DNA of 62,950 nucleotides, the filler included. It is 4 parts of 4 records of this genome, joined end to end, with 100 filler letters (N's around TTAATTAATTAA, not from the genome) between each part and the next. Parts side by side here need not be neighbours in the genome. Positions count along the whole stretch, not along the records: positions 49,703 to 62,950 come from SRR22947727_2332; 3 more parts are not named here. One strand, given 5' to 3'. The position numbers and the translations under genes are program-made. Each line of letters starts with the position of its first letter. The stretch's first letter is position 1. The notes beneath the pieces are model-generated. The model made no database searches. It was not told where the DNA came from and saw only the letters and a list, made by a program, of their open reading frames with translations. This document shows positions 49,704 through 60,882 of the stretch, piece by piece.

Positions 49704-50165
49704 GCACCAGCTAAAAAAGTCGTGGCTAAAAAGGCTCCCCAAAAAATTGCTAATAATAAATCTAAAATTGCTGCATATAAATCTAAAAAAAATGAAAAGT
49801 ATATGAGCGCTGCTATGAAAAGACATTTTGTAGCAGTATTACTTTTATGGAAAGAGCACCTTTTAGATGAAATGCAAAAAACTTTTGATCATCTTAAGAC
49901 AAAAGGTGAAACCTACGCTGATCCAGTTGACAGAGCCTCTCAAGAGGAAGAGTTTGCATTTGAGCTAAGAACTAGAGATAGAGAAAGAAAGCTTATTAGC
50001 AAGATAGCAGTATCGCTAGAAAAGATAAAACAAGATGATTACGGTTGGTGTGATTCATGCGGGGACGAGATTGGAATTAAAAGGCTAGAAGCTAGACCAA
50101 CTGCTACTCATTGTATTGATTGTAAAACCTTGGATGAAATTAAAGAAAAACAACTCAATGGATAA
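49704..50165 (+). CDS. dksA: DksA (copy D, 5' truncated within Lys/Ala repeats)
   Basis: Frame is open from the contig edge (APAKKVVAKK...); DPVDRASQEEE and C4 Zn finger. Confidence 0.96.
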   Translation, partial: APAKKVVAKKAPQKIANNKSKIAAYKSKKNEKYMSAAMKRHFVAVLLLWKEHLLDEMQKTFDHLKTKGETYADPVDRASQEEEFAFELRTRDRERKLISKIAVSLEKIKQDDYGWCDSCGDEIGIKRLEARPTATHCIDCKTLDEIKEKQLNG

Positions 50166-50191
50166 CATTTGTAGATAACTCGTGATGACAC

Positions 50192-51427
50192 TTGATTGAT
50201 AATAAAAAAATAAGCAAGTTCGCTATATCTGTAATACAAGATCTTCAAAATCATAATTTTCAAGCATATCTAGTTGGTGGATGTGTAAGAGACGCCCTTT
50301 CTGGAATAGAGCCCAAAGACTTTGATATAGCAACTAGTGCAACTCCAGAACAAGTAAGAAAAATTTTTAAAGCCTCCAGAATTATTGGGAAAAGGTTTAA
50401 GCTTGTTCATGTTTTTAATAGATCTGAGCTACTTGAGGTTGCCACTTTTAGATCTGGCAATAATCAAACTAATGACGATGCAAATCTAATTAAAGATGAA
50501 GCAGGAAAAATCTTAAGGGACAATGTTTGGGGAACACTAGATCAAGATTGTTATAGAAGAGATTTCACAGTTAATGCTTTATATTACTGTCCCATTTCAA
50601 AAACGATCGAAGATAAAAGTGATGGCCTTAAACATATTCATAAGAAAGTTATTGTATCTATTGGCGATCCTCAAAGAAGATTTGAAGAAGATCCAGTAAG
50701 AAGTCTTAGAGCAATAAGATTTAGCAACAAGCTTGGTTTTAAAATTGATAACAATGTAAAAGAAGCTATATATGATAAGGGGCATCTTTTATCTAGTATT
50801 TCAAATGCTAGGCTTTTTGATGAGTTCTGTAAAATATTTCTTGGCGGTATGGGTGAGAAAAATTTTATTAAGCTTTGCTCATTCAATCTCAATAAGTATC
50901 TTATTCTTACAGATCCTAATAAAAGTGATTTTTCTAATGACATTATGATTCGAGCATTAAGAAATACCGATGATCGAATTAGAAATAATCAATCTGTAAC
51001 TCCTGGTTTTTTAATTGCTGCCCTCTTGTGGCCAATCCTTATCTCCAAATGCTCAAAAGATGGTGAAATAAATATTAGAAAATTTTTTAGGTCCATGGAC
51101 GGTGTGCTTAAGGAGCAGCAAAAACTAACAGCAGTACCAAGAAAATTTAATAGCTATATAAAAGATATATGGGTTTTACAGCTAAAGCTGCATAGCAGAA
51201 TAAAAAGTCAACCCTACAAAACTATAAGACATCCAAGATTTAGAGCTGCCTATGATTTTTTACTGGTTAGAGAAAGTGCTTCTAGAGATAAAAATGGTTT
51301 AGGCAAATGGTGGACAGATTTCCAGAAAAATGATGATTCTTTGAGAGGCTCATTAATATCAAGGATGAATGAAAAAAGTGATGAAGAATCATCTAAAATA
51401 TTTGGTTTCTACAACGAGTTGAGATAA
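50192..51427 (+). CDS. pcnB: Poly(A) polymerase I (copy D)
   Basis: Same motifs as copy C; TTG start. Confidence 0.95.
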   Translation: MIDNKKISKFAISVIQDLQNHNFQAYLVGGCVRDALSGIEPKDFDIATSATPEQVRKIFKASRIIGKRFKLVHVFNRSELLEVATFRSGNNQTNDDANLIKDEAGKILRDNVWGTLDQDCYRRDFTVNALYYCPISKTIEDKSDGLKHIHKKVIVSIGDPQRRFEEDPVRSLRAIRFSNKLGFKIDNNVKEAIYDKGHLLSSISNARLFDEFCKIFLGGMGEKNFIKLCSFNLNKYLILTDPNKSDFSNDIMIRALRNTDDRIRNNQSVTPGFLIAALLWPILISKCSKDGEINIRKFFRSMDGVLKEQQKLTAVPRKFNSYIKDIWVLQLKLHSRIKSQPYKTIRHPRFRAAYDFLLVRESASRDKNGLGKWWTDFQKNDDSLRGSLISRMNEKSDEESSKIFGFYNELR

Positions 51428-51453
51428 TCTAGAGTAAAACTTATATGTAAAAA

Positions 51454-52119
51454 ATGAAGCCAGCTATTAAAGAAGTACCACTTCCTAAATACATCGCCAT
51501 TGAGGGTCCTATTGGCGTAGGAAAAACAACACTTGCAAACAAAATAGCGAATACCTTTAACTATGATGCTTTTCTTGAACAGCCTGCTGAAAATCCATTC
51601 CTTAAAAATTTTTATAGAAACCCAAGTCAGTCAGCATTAGCAACTCAACTATTCTTTTTATTTCAAAGAATGCAACAGATACAAGATTTAAAACAAAGGA
51701 GTCTTTTTGAAACTGTAAGAGTGGCTGATTTTTTAATAGAGAAAGACAGACTTTTTGCAGAAGTTACCTTATCTAATGAAGAAATGGATCTTTACGATAA
51801 AGTGTATGATCATATTACTCTTGATGCCCCTTCTCCAGATCTAGTAATTTATTTGCAAGCACCTATTGATGTTCTCAAAGATAGGATTACCAAAAGAGGT
51901 AATATTAATGAACAATATTTAACTCTTGAATACTTAGAAAGACTTAATGATGCTTATTCGAGATTTTTTCTAGATTATAACGATGCCCCATTGTTAATTA
52001 TTAATGCTGCTGATATAAATTTAGAATCTAATGAAAATGACTATGAGTCATTAATAACCAAAATCATGTCTAATCCAAAAGGTAAAAATTTTATAAACCC
52101 GCAGCCATCGATTTTATAA
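51454..52119 (+). CDS. Deoxynucleoside kinase (copy D)
   Basis: EGPIGVGKTT; colinear with copy C. Confidence 0.93.
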   Translation: MKPAIKEVPLPKYIAIEGPIGVGKTTLANKIANTFNYDAFLEQPAENPFLKNFYRNPSQSALATQLFFLFQRMQQIQDLKQRSLFETVRVADFLIEKDRLFAEVTLSNEEMDLYDKVYDHITLDAPSPDLVIYLQAPIDVLKDRITKRGNINEQYLTLEYLERLNDAYSRFFLDYNDAPLLIINAADINLESNENDYESLITKIMSNPKGKNFINPQPSIL

Positions 52120-52128
52120 GTATTTAAT

Positions 52129-54054
52129 ATGTCTAGTAATTTATATCACCCAGTAGAAGGCTCTAATATACATATAAAAAATATTGATGAGTATAATAAA
52201 CTTTACCAACAATCTATAAACAACCCCTCTAAATTTTTTGCTAATCTTGCTCAAGATGATTTATCTTGGATGGAAGATTTTATCTCTGTTCATAATGGAG
52301 AGTTCGCAGATACAAAATGGTTTGAGGGTGGAAAAATCAATATCAGCGTAAACTGTATTGATAGACACCTTGAAAATAATGCTAACAAAACAGCTCTAAT
52401 TTGGGAGGGTGACGATCCAAATGATTCCAAAGAGCTATCCTTTCAAGAACTGCATGATGAGGTTTGTAAATTTGCAAACGTCTTAAAGAGTTTGGATGTA
52501 AAAAAGGGGTCAAGGGTCTGTATATATATGCCAATGATTTTAGAAGTTGCATTTGCAATGCTTGCATGCACAAGAATTGGTGCAATTCATTCAGTTGTCT
52601 TTGGTGGATTTTCACCAGAGTCTTTAAAAGATAGAATTCTAGATGCAGATTGTGAATTAGTCATTACTGCCGATGAAGGATTGAGAGGTGGGAAGACGGT
52701 TCCCCTTAAATCAAACGTTGATGAAGCATTAAATAAGTGCCCTAATGTGAAAAATACTCTTGTTATTAAAAGAACTGGAGGAGATATTGCCTGGAATGAT
52801 TCTCGAGATGTGTGGTATGAAGAATTATCTAAAAATGTATCAACCATATGTCACCCCGAACCCATGGATTCAGAAGATCCATTGTTTATTTTATATACCT
52901 CTGGCTCAACAGGAAAACCAAAAGGTGTTTTACACTCCACAGCTGGCTATCTTTTAGGGGCTCATATAAGTTTTAAATACCTTTTTGGTATTAGGCCTGA
53001 GGATAAGTATTGGTGTACTGCTGATGTAGGTTGGATCACTGGTCATACCTATATCCTATATGGTCCTCTTTCTAATGGAGCAACTTCACTGATGTTTGAG
53101 GGTGTTCCAACCTATCCATCAGCATCGAGATGCTGGGAAATTTGTGATAAACATAACATAAGTATTTTTTATACTGCTCCAACTGCTATAAGAGCCTTAA
53201 TGGCTCAAGGCAATGATCCTGTTACTAAAACTAATAGAAATAGTCTAAGAATTCTTGGGACAGTCGGTGAGCCAATAAATCCTGAGGCTTGGGACTGGTA
53301 TTACAGTGTTGTAGGGAAATCTAAATGCGAAGTTATAGATACATGGTGGCAGACTGAAACTGGCTCTGTCTTGATTTCACCTATTGCAGGTATAACACCT
53401 ACGAAGCCCGGATCCGCCACACTTCCATTCTTTGGAGTAAAAGCAGCTTTATATGATGAGAAGGGAAAGTCCTTAGAGGGAAATAATTCAGGAAATTTAG
53501 TTATAGAACAATCATGGCCAAGTCAAATAAGAAGTGTCTATGGCGATCATCAAAGAATGATAGATACTTATTTCAACATCTATAAAGATATATATTTTAC
53601 AGGTGATGGAGCCAGAAGAGATGAAGATGGTTATTATTGGATAACTGGCAGAGTCGATGATGTTCTAAATGTTTCTGGGCATAGACTAGGCACAGCTGAA
53701 ATTGAAAGCGCCCTAGTTCTTCATCCTAAGATAGCTGAAGCTGCTGTTGTGGGGTTTGATCATCCGATTAAAGGACAAGGAATTTATGCATTTGTAACTC
53801 TAATGATTGGAGAATTATTTTCTGAAGAATTCAGTGCTGAAATAAGACAATTTGTTGCAAAAGAAATTGGAGCTATTGCTAAGCCTGATCTCATTCAAAA
53901 TGCTCCAGGGCTTCCAAAAACTAGGTCAGGCAAAATAATGAGAAGAATACTAAGGAAAATAGCAGAAGGCGACCTATCAAACTTAGGAGATACAACAACT
54001 CTTGCAGACCCTTCAGTTGTTGAGTCTTTAATTGAAAACAAGCAAAGCCTATGA
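52129..54054 (+). CDS. acs: Acetyl-CoA synthetase (copy D)
   Basis: [11 protein letters not shown] and [11 protein letters not shown] motifs. Confidence 0.98.
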   Translation: MSSNLYHPVEGSNIHIKNIDEYNKLYQQSINNPSKFFANLAQDDLSWMEDFISVHNGEFADTKWFEGGKINISVNCIDRHLENNANKTALIWEGDDPNDSKELSFQELHDEVCKFANVLKSLDVKKGSRVCIYMPMILEVAFAMLACTRIGAIHSVVFGGFSPESLKDRILDADCELVITADEGLRGGKTVPLKSNVDEALNKCPNVKNTLVIKRTGGDIAWNDSRDVWYEELSKNVSTICHPEPMDSEDPLFILYTSGSTGKPKGVLHSTAGYLLGAHISFKYLFGIRPEDKYWCTADVGWITGHTYILYGPLSNGATSLMFEGVPTYPSASRCWEICDKHNISIFYTAPTAIRALMAQGNDPVTKTNRNSLRILGTVGEPINPEAWDWYYSVVGKSKCEVIDTWWQTETGSVLISPIAGITPTKPGSATLPFFGVKAALYDEKGKSLEGNNSGNLVIEQSWPSQIRSVYGDHQRMIDTYFNIYKDIYFTGDGARRDEDGYYWITGRVDDVLNVSGHRLGTAEIESALVLHPKIAEAAVVGFDHPIKGQGIYAFVTLMIGELFSEEFSAEIRQFVAKEIGAIAKPDLIQNAPGLPKTRSGKIMRRILRKIAEGDLSNLGDTTTLADPSVVESLIENKQSL

Positions 54055-54440
54055 CAAGACTTCTAATGCCATTGCTTGTATTTGTAATCTTTAGTTGTTC
54101 GTTATCTCAAGAAAGGTTAGAAGAATACAATGATGATGATAACTTTTATTCTCCTGCTCAAACGATTAAATGCATGCAGATGCCCCAACCACAACAACCT
54201 CATCCAATTAACAAAAAAGGTGAAACACTAGAAATATATGATCAGAGTGATTGTTATGATGACATCCTTTCAAAAAATATAAGAAGTTTAGAAATAGAGT
54301 TTGGCGAATCTCAGATAACTCTTGAAAATGAAGATACCAAAAAAACATCTAATACCAAAGATAGCTCTATTAATAGTATTGAAGTTGATATAGACACTAT
54401 AGAAGAAAAAGTACTTCAAAAGAAACCAAAAAAAGATTAA
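54051..54440 (+). CDS. Hypothetical lipoprotein (copy D)
   Basis: Lipobox-like IFSC; CMQ.P shared with copy C. Confidence 0.65.
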   Translation: MTRLLMPLLVFVIFSCSLSQERLEEYNDDDNFYSPAQTIKCMQMPQPQQPHPINKKGETLEIYDQSDCYDDILSKNIRSLEIEFGESQITLENEDTKKTSNTKDSSINSIEVDIDTIEEKVLQKKPKKD

Positions 54441-55234
54441 ATTTTTGAGAAAATACCATTATCTTCTTTAACTACTCCCTCTTTGATTAATTTTATTAGA
54501 TGTGCCTCAAGACTGAATTTGGCAATAATATGTAATTGCGGTGAGACATCGTCATACACAAGACTTGTTAATTTTTCTAGATCGCTGCTATTAACTTCTT
54601 CCAATCTTCTTATAACCTTATTCTCTCTAGAAAGTCTGTGTCTAGTTATAGACTCAATAATTTTTTTGGGTTCATGCATGTAATTTCCATGTCCTGGAGC
54701 AAGAGAATCTATTTTATAACTATGAAGCTTATCTAAAGATTCTAGATAATCTTGCATACTCCCATCAGGTGGGCCTATAACAACAGTAGATCCATCCATA
54801 ATATGATCTCCAGTTAAAAGACAATTTAGTTCCTTGATAAGAAAACATAAGTGATTTGAAGCATGTCCCGGAGTATGGATTACCTCTAATGTATATTCAT
54901 TTGTTTCAATGAGATCGCCATCATGTAATACAATATCAGGAATAAAAGTTTCATCCTCCCATGAAGATTCACCATCAACAAGCCTCCCATACATAGGAAC
55001 CTTTAAAACTTTTGAAATTGGTAAGGCTGCTGAAGAATGATCTGTGTGTGTATGAGTAACTAATATTCTTTGAATCTTCCCTTGAGCTACTTTAATTATT
55101 TTATCAATGTGTTCTTTAATATTTGGTCCGGGATCTACCAAAGTTAAGTCTTCTTTACCAATTAAATAAGTGTTGGTTCCTTCTCCTGTAAAGACTCCTG
55201 AATTAGGTGCTGTTATTTTTTTTATCAAATCCAT
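54437..55234 (-). CDS. MBL-fold hydrolase, LACTB2-like (copy D)
   Basis: THTHTDH, TPGHASNH, GDH and PGHG motifs. Confidence 0.88.
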   Translation of the reverse strand: MDLIKKITAPNSGVFTGEGTNTYLIGKEDLTLVDPGPNIKEHIDKIIKVAQGKIQRILVTHTHTDHSSAALPISKVLKVPMYGRLVDGESSWEDETFIPDIVLHDGDLIETNEYTLEVIHTPGHASNHLCFLIKELNCLLTGDHIMDGSTVVIGPPDGSMQDYLESLDKLHSYKIDSLAPGHGNYMHEPKKIIESITRHRLSRENKVIRRLEEVNSSDLEKLTSLVYDDVSPQLHIIAKFSLEAHLIKLIKEGVVKEDNGIFSKI

Positions 55235-55243
55235 AAATATATT

Positions 55244-56041
55244 CTAATAGTTTTCATAATCATCATCACCTGGAAGAAGTCCATGCCATTTCCCCTCTTT
55301 TTTGAAGAACTTAGGTAAGATTGGTGGTATGTCACTACTTTTGCATTGTTGTTGATATGCAAGAAGTTCTTCACCAGAATTATGATTTGCACATTCCTGA
55401 AGATTCTTAATTGTTGGCATTATCATGGGCATTTCTCCATTAAAAGCTTTTTCTAAAGCCTTTTTAGGATTAATCCATATGCTATGAGTAAGCTCGGTTC
55501 CGTCGTGTTTTTCAGTTTGGTTTTCAGGTAAATAAGCTATAAAAAACCTTGTATCAAACCTTTTAATTTCAATATCAGGAGTTATCCAATGAGAGAAAGG
55601 TGCAATATTAGATGTGGTTAGTGTAAGATTTTCTTTAATGCAAATATCATAAAGTGTTATTTTATTTTTGATTAAATTATCTCTATATTCATCATATTTT
55701 TCTTTTTCAGAACCGGTAAGGTTTAGGTCTTTACCATTATTCTTCTTTGCAAACAAGATACCAACTTCTTCAAAGCACTCCCTAATACATGCCACCCAAT
55801 AACTTAATCCAGCATGACTTATGCCAAGTTTGATAGAGGCTTCTTTATCGTCGAGGCCATTACATAATAAATTATAAATATTTACATTTCTATCTGCTTC
55901 ATCAATTTTGCCACCTGGAAATACAAATAGATTTTCAAAAGGTGGTCTTTTTGACCTTTTTACCATTAATACTTCTATTCCATCTTTCGTATCTCTCAAA
56001 ACAAGAACAGTTGCTGCGGGTATAAGAGGAAGTTTATTCAT
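55244..56041 (-). CDS. Nudix hydrolase, NUDT19-like (copy D)
   Basis: FPGGKID...CIRECFEEVG and HWITP..RFDTRFF motifs. Confidence 0.85.
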   Translation of the reverse strand: MNKLPLIPAATVLVLRDTKDGIEVLMVKRSKRPPFENLFVFPGGKIDEADRNVNIYNLLCNGLDDKEASIKLGISHAGLSYWVACIRECFEEVGILFAKKNNGKDLNLTGSEKEKYDEYRDNLIKNKITLYDICIKENLTLTTSNIAPFSHWITPDIEIKRFDTRFFIAYLPENQTEKHDGTELTHSIWINPKKALEKAFNGEMPMIMPTIKNLQECANHNSGEELLAYQQQCKSSDIPPILPKFFKKEGKWHGLLPGDDDYENY

Positions 56042-56073
56042 AATTTTATTTTATATAGCTTAGAATAATGCTT
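56042..56073. promoter_or_regulatory. 32-bp bidirectional leaderless promoter (copy D)
   Basis: TAAAAT on minus (56048-56053) 6 nt before the Nudix ATG; TAGAAT on plus (56061-56066) 7 nt before ATG 56074. Confidence 0.7.
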
Positions 56074-56964
56074 ATGCAAATAACTAACAACGTAAATCTA
56101 GATATTGAACATGCTCCAAAATGGTTTAAAGATGCAATTAAATTGCAACCCACTGATGAAGTTTTAGAGAATCCTTTGGGGAATATCTCATATTCCAAAT
56201 GGGACTCCATTAATAATTCAGAAAACCTAATGATTTTTGTTCATGGTACTGGTGCGCATAAAAAATGGTGGGATCCTATTGCTCCACAATTCTTAGAAAA
56301 TTCAAATGTTATTGCAGTAGATCTTCCCGGAATGGGAGAATCTGAATTTAGAGATAAATATGGTATTAAAGATTTTGGCGACTGTATAGCCTCTATTATC
56401 GAAAAAGAAAAATTAAATTCTAATGTTAAAAATGTTTATATCATAGGCCATTCTTTAGGAGGTCAAGTAGCAGGATATGTTGCTTCTGAAAAGCAAGATC
56501 TCATTGATAACATAATCATAATCGATACTTTTATAAGGCCTCCGAACTACAATCCTGCGGAACATCAGGGAGGTCCCTTAAGAATGATTAAACACTATCC
56601 CGATAAAATTACTATATTAAATAGATTTAGATTGATGCCTAAACAGGATTGTGAAAATGATTGGTATGTACGCTATATTGCAGAGCACTCTGTTAAAGAA
56701 ATTGAGGCGGGTTGGAGGTGGCGGTTTGATGATGTAATGTTTACAAGCCTTGAGAGATTATTTGGTTATAAGTTTTCTTTTAGCTGTCCTGCATTATTTG
56801 TTCATGGACAAAATAGCTTATTAACATCAGGCGACTTTCTTACAAATATTAAATCAACCTATTCAGATACAATGGACTTTATTGAAGTAGCTGGAGCTGC
56901 TCACCATGTTCCGTTAGACAAGCCTCTTGAAATAGTTAATATAATTAAAGAACGTTTATTTTAA
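56074..56964 (+). CDS. Alpha/beta hydrolase (copy D)
   Basis: HGTG, GHSLGG and AHHV. Start MQIT aligns with MKIS of copy C. Confidence 0.9.
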   Translation: MQITNNVNLDIEHAPKWFKDAIKLQPTDEVLENPLGNISYSKWDSINNSENLMIFVHGTGAHKKWWDPIAPQFLENSNVIAVDLPGMGESEFRDKYGIKDFGDCIASIIEKEKLNSNVKNVYIIGHSLGGQVAGYVASEKQDLIDNIIIIDTFIRPPNYNPAEHQGGPLRMIKHYPDKITILNRFRLMPKQDCENDWYVRYIAEHSVKEIEAGWRWRFDDVMFTSLERLFGYKFSFSCPALFVHGQNSLLTSGDFLTNIKSTYSDTMDFIEVAGAAHHVPLDKPLEIVNIIKERLF

Positions 56965-56975
56965 ATCTTTTATTT

Positions 56976-58352
56976 ATGAACTATTTCTATTTTTTCTTTT
57001 TCTTGTTCCTTTCAGCTTTGATATGGGTTAAACCACTCATGGTTTATATCTGTGAAAAGGTGCAAGAAGCAAAAAGCTTAAATGTTTTGGGTTCAATAAC
57101 TTTCCTTATTGGTTCAGCATTAGTAATTTTCTTTATTCAATATGATGACTGGTCAGAAAGATTATGGACTTTTGTTACAGTGATTCTTGGTTTTCTTTTA
57201 TGTTTAAGAGGATTGGTTATAATTTTTTACCTTGATTTAATAAAAAAATTATTGCCTTTATATATTAAAAATTATTATAAATTCACTTTTTCAATATCTT
57301 TGATATTAATTTCTTTAAGTTTTTTTATAGTTTCTTCTGATTATATTGGGGAGCAAAAAGATATTAGCGATTGTAAATCTGATGGTGTTGTAAACGTTGT
57401 TTGTGATATATCAAACCCAGAAGATATTGTTATTACACCTGATCAAAAATTTCTTTTAATCTCAGAGTTTGGGGGTATTAGCCCCTACCAAGAAACAAGG
57501 TCTGGCAGTTTTGCTTTACTAAGAATTTCTGATAATAAAAAAATAAAACCTAAAATAACTTTTGGAAAAAATATATGGGGTAACTCTTCATGTGCTGCAT
57601 CTAAAAACAAGTCCTTTGGGCCACATGGAATAGATTTGATAGAAAGGATAGATGGCCGCTTTCAATTTGGTGTGATTAACCATTATCCTAATGAATCTAT
57701 AGAAATGTTTGAATTGGTATCATCCAATATTTCTGAAGGATGGGACCTTATATGGAGAGGGTGCATTGATGTGCCAAATGAATTTTACTTTAATGATATT
57801 GCGCTAAATAGTGATGGAAGTTTCTATGCATCTCATATGTATTCTCGAAATATAACTATGAGAGAATGGTTGATGACTTCATTGTTTAAAAGCAATTCAG
57901 GATATATTGTTAAGTGGTTGGATAACGACTTTAATAAAGTCCCAAGCTCAGATGGTAGTGGTCCAAATGGCATAACGCATGACGCTTCATCCAACATGCT
58001 ATTTATAAGCTATAACCAAGGAGATGAAATAGTAAAGTTTGACCTTTCAATTAATAAAAAAGTTAACAGGTATTTTGTTCAATCTCCTGATAATATTTTT
58101 TTAGATAAAGGCTCAGCATGGTTCACTTCTCTTGATTTTCAGCCAAGTGATGCAGGTAACTGCATAGAAAAGAAGGCTTGCTCACTGCCCTTTTCAATAT
58201 ATGAAATTGATCAAGATTCATTTCAGCTAAAAAGTGAATACTCTTTTAATAAAACAGTATTTGGTCTTCCCACGATAGCAGTGCCAATTAGCAATAAAGT
58301 CTATATGGGATCTTTTCACTCTGATAGGTTGGGATATTTTATAAAAAAATAA
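56976..58352 (+). CDS. Paraoxonase/SMP-30-like beta-propeller with N-terminal 4-TM domain (copy D)
   Basis: NPEDI, PHGI, FNDI, PNGI and PDNI motifs. Confidence 0.75.
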   Translation: MNYFYFFFFLFLSALIWVKPLMVYICEKVQEAKSLNVLGSITFLIGSALVIFFIQYDDWSERLWTFVTVILGFLLCLRGLVIIFYLDLIKKLLPLYIKNYYKFTFSISLILISLSFFIVSSDYIGEQKDISDCKSDGVVNVVCDISNPEDIVITPDQKFLLISEFGGISPYQETRSGSFALLRISDNKKIKPKITFGKNIWGNSSCAASKNKSFGPHGIDLIERIDGRFQFGVINHYPNESIEMFELVSSNISEGWDLIWRGCIDVPNEFYFNDIALNSDGSFYASHMYSRNITMREWLMTSLFKSNSGYIVKWLDNDFNKVPSSDGSGPNGITHDASSNMLFISYNQGDEIVKFDLSINKKVNRYFVQSPDNIFLDKGSAWFTSLDFQPSDAGNCIEKKACSLPFSIYEIDQDSFQLKSEYSFNKTVFGLPTIAVPISNKVYMGSFHSDRLGYFIKK

Positions 58353-58356
58353 TTTT

Positions 58357-59181
58357 ATGGCTGAGAGTTTTAGTTTAAATAGCTTAGATATTATATTGCC
58401 AAAGCGAAAGGATAATTCGCATAAAGGTTTTTATGGCAGAGTTGCTGTCATTGCCGGCTCAAAAAGTATGGGTGGCGCTGGAATTCTTGCATCTGAGGCA
58501 AGTGTTTTTTGCGGATCCGGTCTAGTTAATCTCTTTACCCATATTTCAAACGTCCAAGCATCTCTTGAGAGAAATCCAGAAGTCATGGCTATTGGAATAG
58601 AAAGTCATAAAGATATCTCAGGGAATTTTGATATAGGTTTGATTGGTCCGGGCTTTAAAGATGATGATTGGTCTAAAGAGGTGTATAGATATATTACTCT
58701 TAATTATAGTGGCGTTTTAATTATTGATGCTGGAGCCCTGCGTTTGTTAGAAAAAAAACAGGTATACGATAAAAAAGAATTAATTTTAACACCTCATCCG
58801 GGTGAGGCAGGTGCCTTACTAAACATCTCAACTGATGAAATTCAACAAAATAGAGAGGAATGCGCTAAAGCTATTGCAAATAAATATGATGCAGCTGCCG
58901 TGGTTCTCAAAGGTTACAATACTCTAGTACATATTAAAGACGAAGAGAAAACATTTTTATGCAAAAATGGAGGTCCTGTGCTTGCTACTGGTGGCACGGG
59001 AGATGTTTTGGCAGGAGTTATATGCGCTCTACTGGCACAAAAATTATCTTTAAAAGATTCTTGTTTGTTGGGAGTTGCTGCTCATGCAAAAGCGGGTGAG
59101 AGCTTTGTTGAAGATATTGGTGAAATTGGGTTAAATGCATCTGCATTAATACCCATAATTAGAAAAATATTAAATAAATGA
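58357..59181 (+). CDS. nnrD: NAD(P)HX dehydratase, stand-alone (copy D)
   Basis: HKG, IDAGAL, TPHPGEA and GGTGDVLAG motifs. Confidence 0.92.
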   Translation: MAESFSLNSLDIILPKRKDNSHKGFYGRVAVIAGSKSMGGAGILASEASVFCGSGLVNLFTHISNVQASLERNPEVMAIGIESHKDISGNFDIGLIGPGFKDDDWSKEVYRYITLNYSGVLIIDAGALRLLEKKQVYDKKELILTPHPGEAGALLNISTDEIQQNREECAKAIANKYDAAAVVLKGYNTLVHIKDEEKTFLCKNGGPVLATGGTGDVLAGVICALLAQKLSLKDSCLLGVAAHAKAGESFVEDIGEIGLNASALIPIIRKILNK

Positions 59182-59639
59182 AAGAGTTAATCTTACAAAA
59201 TGATGATGATACTAATAGGCTTGGTAAAGATATTGCAAAAGAACTTAAGGCTGCTGAAATCTCATCAATAGAAATACATTTAGAGGGAGATCTTGGTGCT
59301 GGCAAAACATTTTTATCTAGATCTATTATTAAGAGCTTCGGATGGAAAGATCTAGTGAAAAGCCCTACTTATACTTTATGTGAAGAATATGATCTTGATA
59401 ACTGTCTCTTTTTACACATTGATCTGTATAGAACAAATGAGGCTCAGGATATTGATATATTTAATTTAGATAGAGAGATAGATTCAAAAAAAATTATTCT
59501 TATAGAGTGGCCTGAAAGGCTTCAATATAAAAGAAAGTATGACCTAAAAATTACCTTCAATCATTTAAACAAAGGACGCAAAATAAAAATTGAGGCGGGA
59601 TCTCTTTTGTTTTCTAATTGGCTAAAAAGTTATGAATAA
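59178..59639 (+). CDS. tsaE: TsaE (copy D)
   Basis: GDLGAGKT, KSPTY and HIDLYR motifs. Confidence 0.96.
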   Translation: MKELILQNDDDTNRLGKDIAKELKAAEISSIEIHLEGDLGAGKTFLSRSIIKSFGWKDLVKSPTYTLCEEYDLDNCLFLHIDLYRTNEAQDIDIFNLDREIDSKKIILIEWPERLQYKRKYDLKITFNHLNKGRKIKIEAGSLLFSNWLKSYE

Positions 59640-60882
59640 GTTTCTTTTGTTACTACTATTATCATTATCAGCTCAATCTAATGAGTTGGTCTTCAAAGGA
59701 ATAGAAGAAACAGAAGACGAAATAATAAATATTGAATTCAAATTAGACAAAGTTTCATATATTAATTCATACAACCTCAAGAACCCCTCAAGGTTAGTTT
59801 ATGAGGTTAATCAATCAACCATTGAGAATCCAATTAATGAGATATACAACTATCCGATTAAAAAAATAAGAGCCTCAAAGGATGAGAATAAAACAAGAAT
59901 AGTTATTGATTTATATGATTCTGTGTATTGGTGGAAGCCAACCCAAAAACAAATAGGTGATGATGTATTGGTTAGTCTAAAACTAAAAAAAGATAAAAAC
60001 CTTGCTATAAGCACTAGAGATATTGTTGTTGCAATAGATGCTGGGCACGGAGGCAAATATCCTGGGGCTGTTGGTCCAAATAATATATTAGAAAAAGATG
60101 TAACTCTTCTTATTGCTAAGGAGCTTGAAAGAACCCTCAGGGATACTGATGGCTATCAACCAGTTATGATACGGAGTGGAGATGAGACTATTAGTCTTAA
60201 TGATAGATATCAGAATGCACGAAAATTAGGAGCTGATATTTTTATTTCAATTCATGCTGATGGCTTCAGACTATCATCTGTTAAAGGCGCTTCTGTTTTC
60301 ATATGGTCTGAGGAGGCTTCGAGTACTGTAGCTAGAAATCTGTCTGAAAAACAAAGGAAAAGAATTCAAGCAGATATAAAAAATTTAAAGCCAAGTGATT
60401 TTAATGAAGATTTAGCAAGAGAGCTCTATCCAGATATTTATAAAGATAAGATAAGCCAAAGCAAAAAACTGGGAACAAAAATTTTAGATCAGCTAAAAAG
60501 AGACCCTTATACAAAAATTCATAAAAAGGATGTTGAGTTTGCAGATTTTCGAGTCCTTAAATCTATTGATATACCATCAGTTCTTGTTGAGTCTGGTTTT
60601 ATAACAAACCCTGAAGATGCTGAAAGACTTAAGGGGAAGCCTGGAAGAAGGATGATAGCAAGATCTATTTTTTTAGGCGTGCATAATTATTTTTTAGAAA
60701 ACCCTATAAACGGCACCATGGTTGAAAATAACAATGAGTTCTTATCATATAAAATCCAAAAAGGTGATGTCTTGTCTGAAATAGCTATTAGATTTGGTGT
60801 CTCGGTGGAATCTATAAATAATAATAATAAGTTAAATAATAAGCCGATATATCCTGGACAAATTATAAAGATTTATATTTAA
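59632..60882 (+). CDS. amiB: N-acetylmuramoyl-L-alanine amidase with LysM (copy D)
   Basis: IDAGHGG, SIHAD, ESGF and LysM. Confidence 0.9.
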   Translation: MNKFLLLLLLSLSAQSNELVFKGIEETEDEIINIEFKLDKVSYINSYNLKNPSRLVYEVNQSTIENPINEIYNYPIKKIRASKDENKTRIVIDLYDSVYWWKPTQKQIGDDVLVSLKLKKDKNLAISTRDIVVAIDAGHGGKYPGAVGPNNILEKDVTLLIAKELERTLRDTDGYQPVMIRSGDETISLNDRYQNARKLGADIFISIHADGFRLSSVKGASVFIWSEEASSTVARNLSEKQRKRIQADIKNLKPSDFNEDLARELYPDIYKDKISQSKKLGTKILDQLKRDPYTKIHKKDVEFADFRVLKSIDIPSVLVESGFITNPEDAERLKGKPGRRMIARSIFLGVHNYFLENPINGTMVENNNEFLSYKIQKGDVLSEIAIRFGVSVESINNNNKLNNKPIYPGQIIKIYI

